DNA of 64,000 nt from an uncultured delta proteobacterium (GTDB taxonomy: Bacteria > Myxococcota_A > Polyangia > Fen-1088), in NCBI GenBank assembly GCA_963796685.1, contig CAWCMR010000025.1, positions 832,001 through 896,000 of the forward strand, in the 5' to 3' direction. The notes below the pieces were generated by a model. The model did not search any database, was not told where the DNA came from, and was given only the letters and a program-made list of their open reading frames with translations. Numbering within the stretch: position 1 is the first letter of the stretch; each line of letters starts with the position of its first letter. The translations under genes and the position numbers were made by a program. Shown here piece after piece: positions 63,817 to 64,000 of the stretch.

Positions 63817-64000
63817 CTAACCCTCGCCGAGGTACTTGCCGAGCTCGCCCACCAGCTTTTCGAAGCGAGCGATGGCGGCCTCGACAGGCGCCGGGCTCGA
63901 CATGTCGACGCCGGCGAGCTTCAGCGATTCGATGGGGTAGCGCGAACCGCCGGAGCGCAGGAAGGTGAAGTAGTCTTCGCGCTCTTGGGGACCGCCACCC
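63817..64000 (-). CDS. pepF: Oligoendopeptidase F, C-terminal fragment (runs off the window)
   Basis: Manual translation ...EDYFTFLRSGGSRYPIESLKLAGVDMSSPAPVEAAIARFEKLV...stop. Confidence 0.85.
   Translation of the reverse strand, partial: GGGPQEREDYFTFLRSGGSRYPIESLKLAGVDMSSPAPVEAAIARFEKLVGELGKYLGEG

Overview
High-GC bacterial chromosomal window, most likely Myxococcota (AglZ-like pseudo-receiver/coiled-coil protein, Cys-rich and Gly-rich lipoproteins). Housekeeping genes (recA, secA, hflX, cyaY, groES-groEL, amt, partial pepF) are mixed with accessory genes: a GH3 glucosidase, GT-C glycosyltransferases, an ECF42-type module, a sterol-type EXPERA/SDR/DUF1295 operon, a DUF2844/DUF3443 pair and an ABC exporter. 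No rRNA, tRNA or CRISPR array was recognised. Main observations: (1) a GxxExxY nuclease-family gene between a comM-like gene and recA is bracketed by inverted 9-bp tandem repeats, and a 105-bp internally deleted copy of the same ends lies 42 kb away, suggesting an autonomous/non-autonomous element pair. (2) A PlpX-like radical SAM/SPASM enzyme follows a Gly-rich lipoprotein with three repeated X-Y-G motifs, a candidate tyramine-excising 'splicease' system. (3) All nine frameshifts seen, and one odd groEL substitution, fall on AGCT or GATC. This points to methylation-linked sequencing errors rather than pseudogenes. (4) Several palindromic MITE/REP-like elements are present, one of them apparently in-frame inside hflX. 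All calls come from reading the sequence and from motif recognition; no searches were run.
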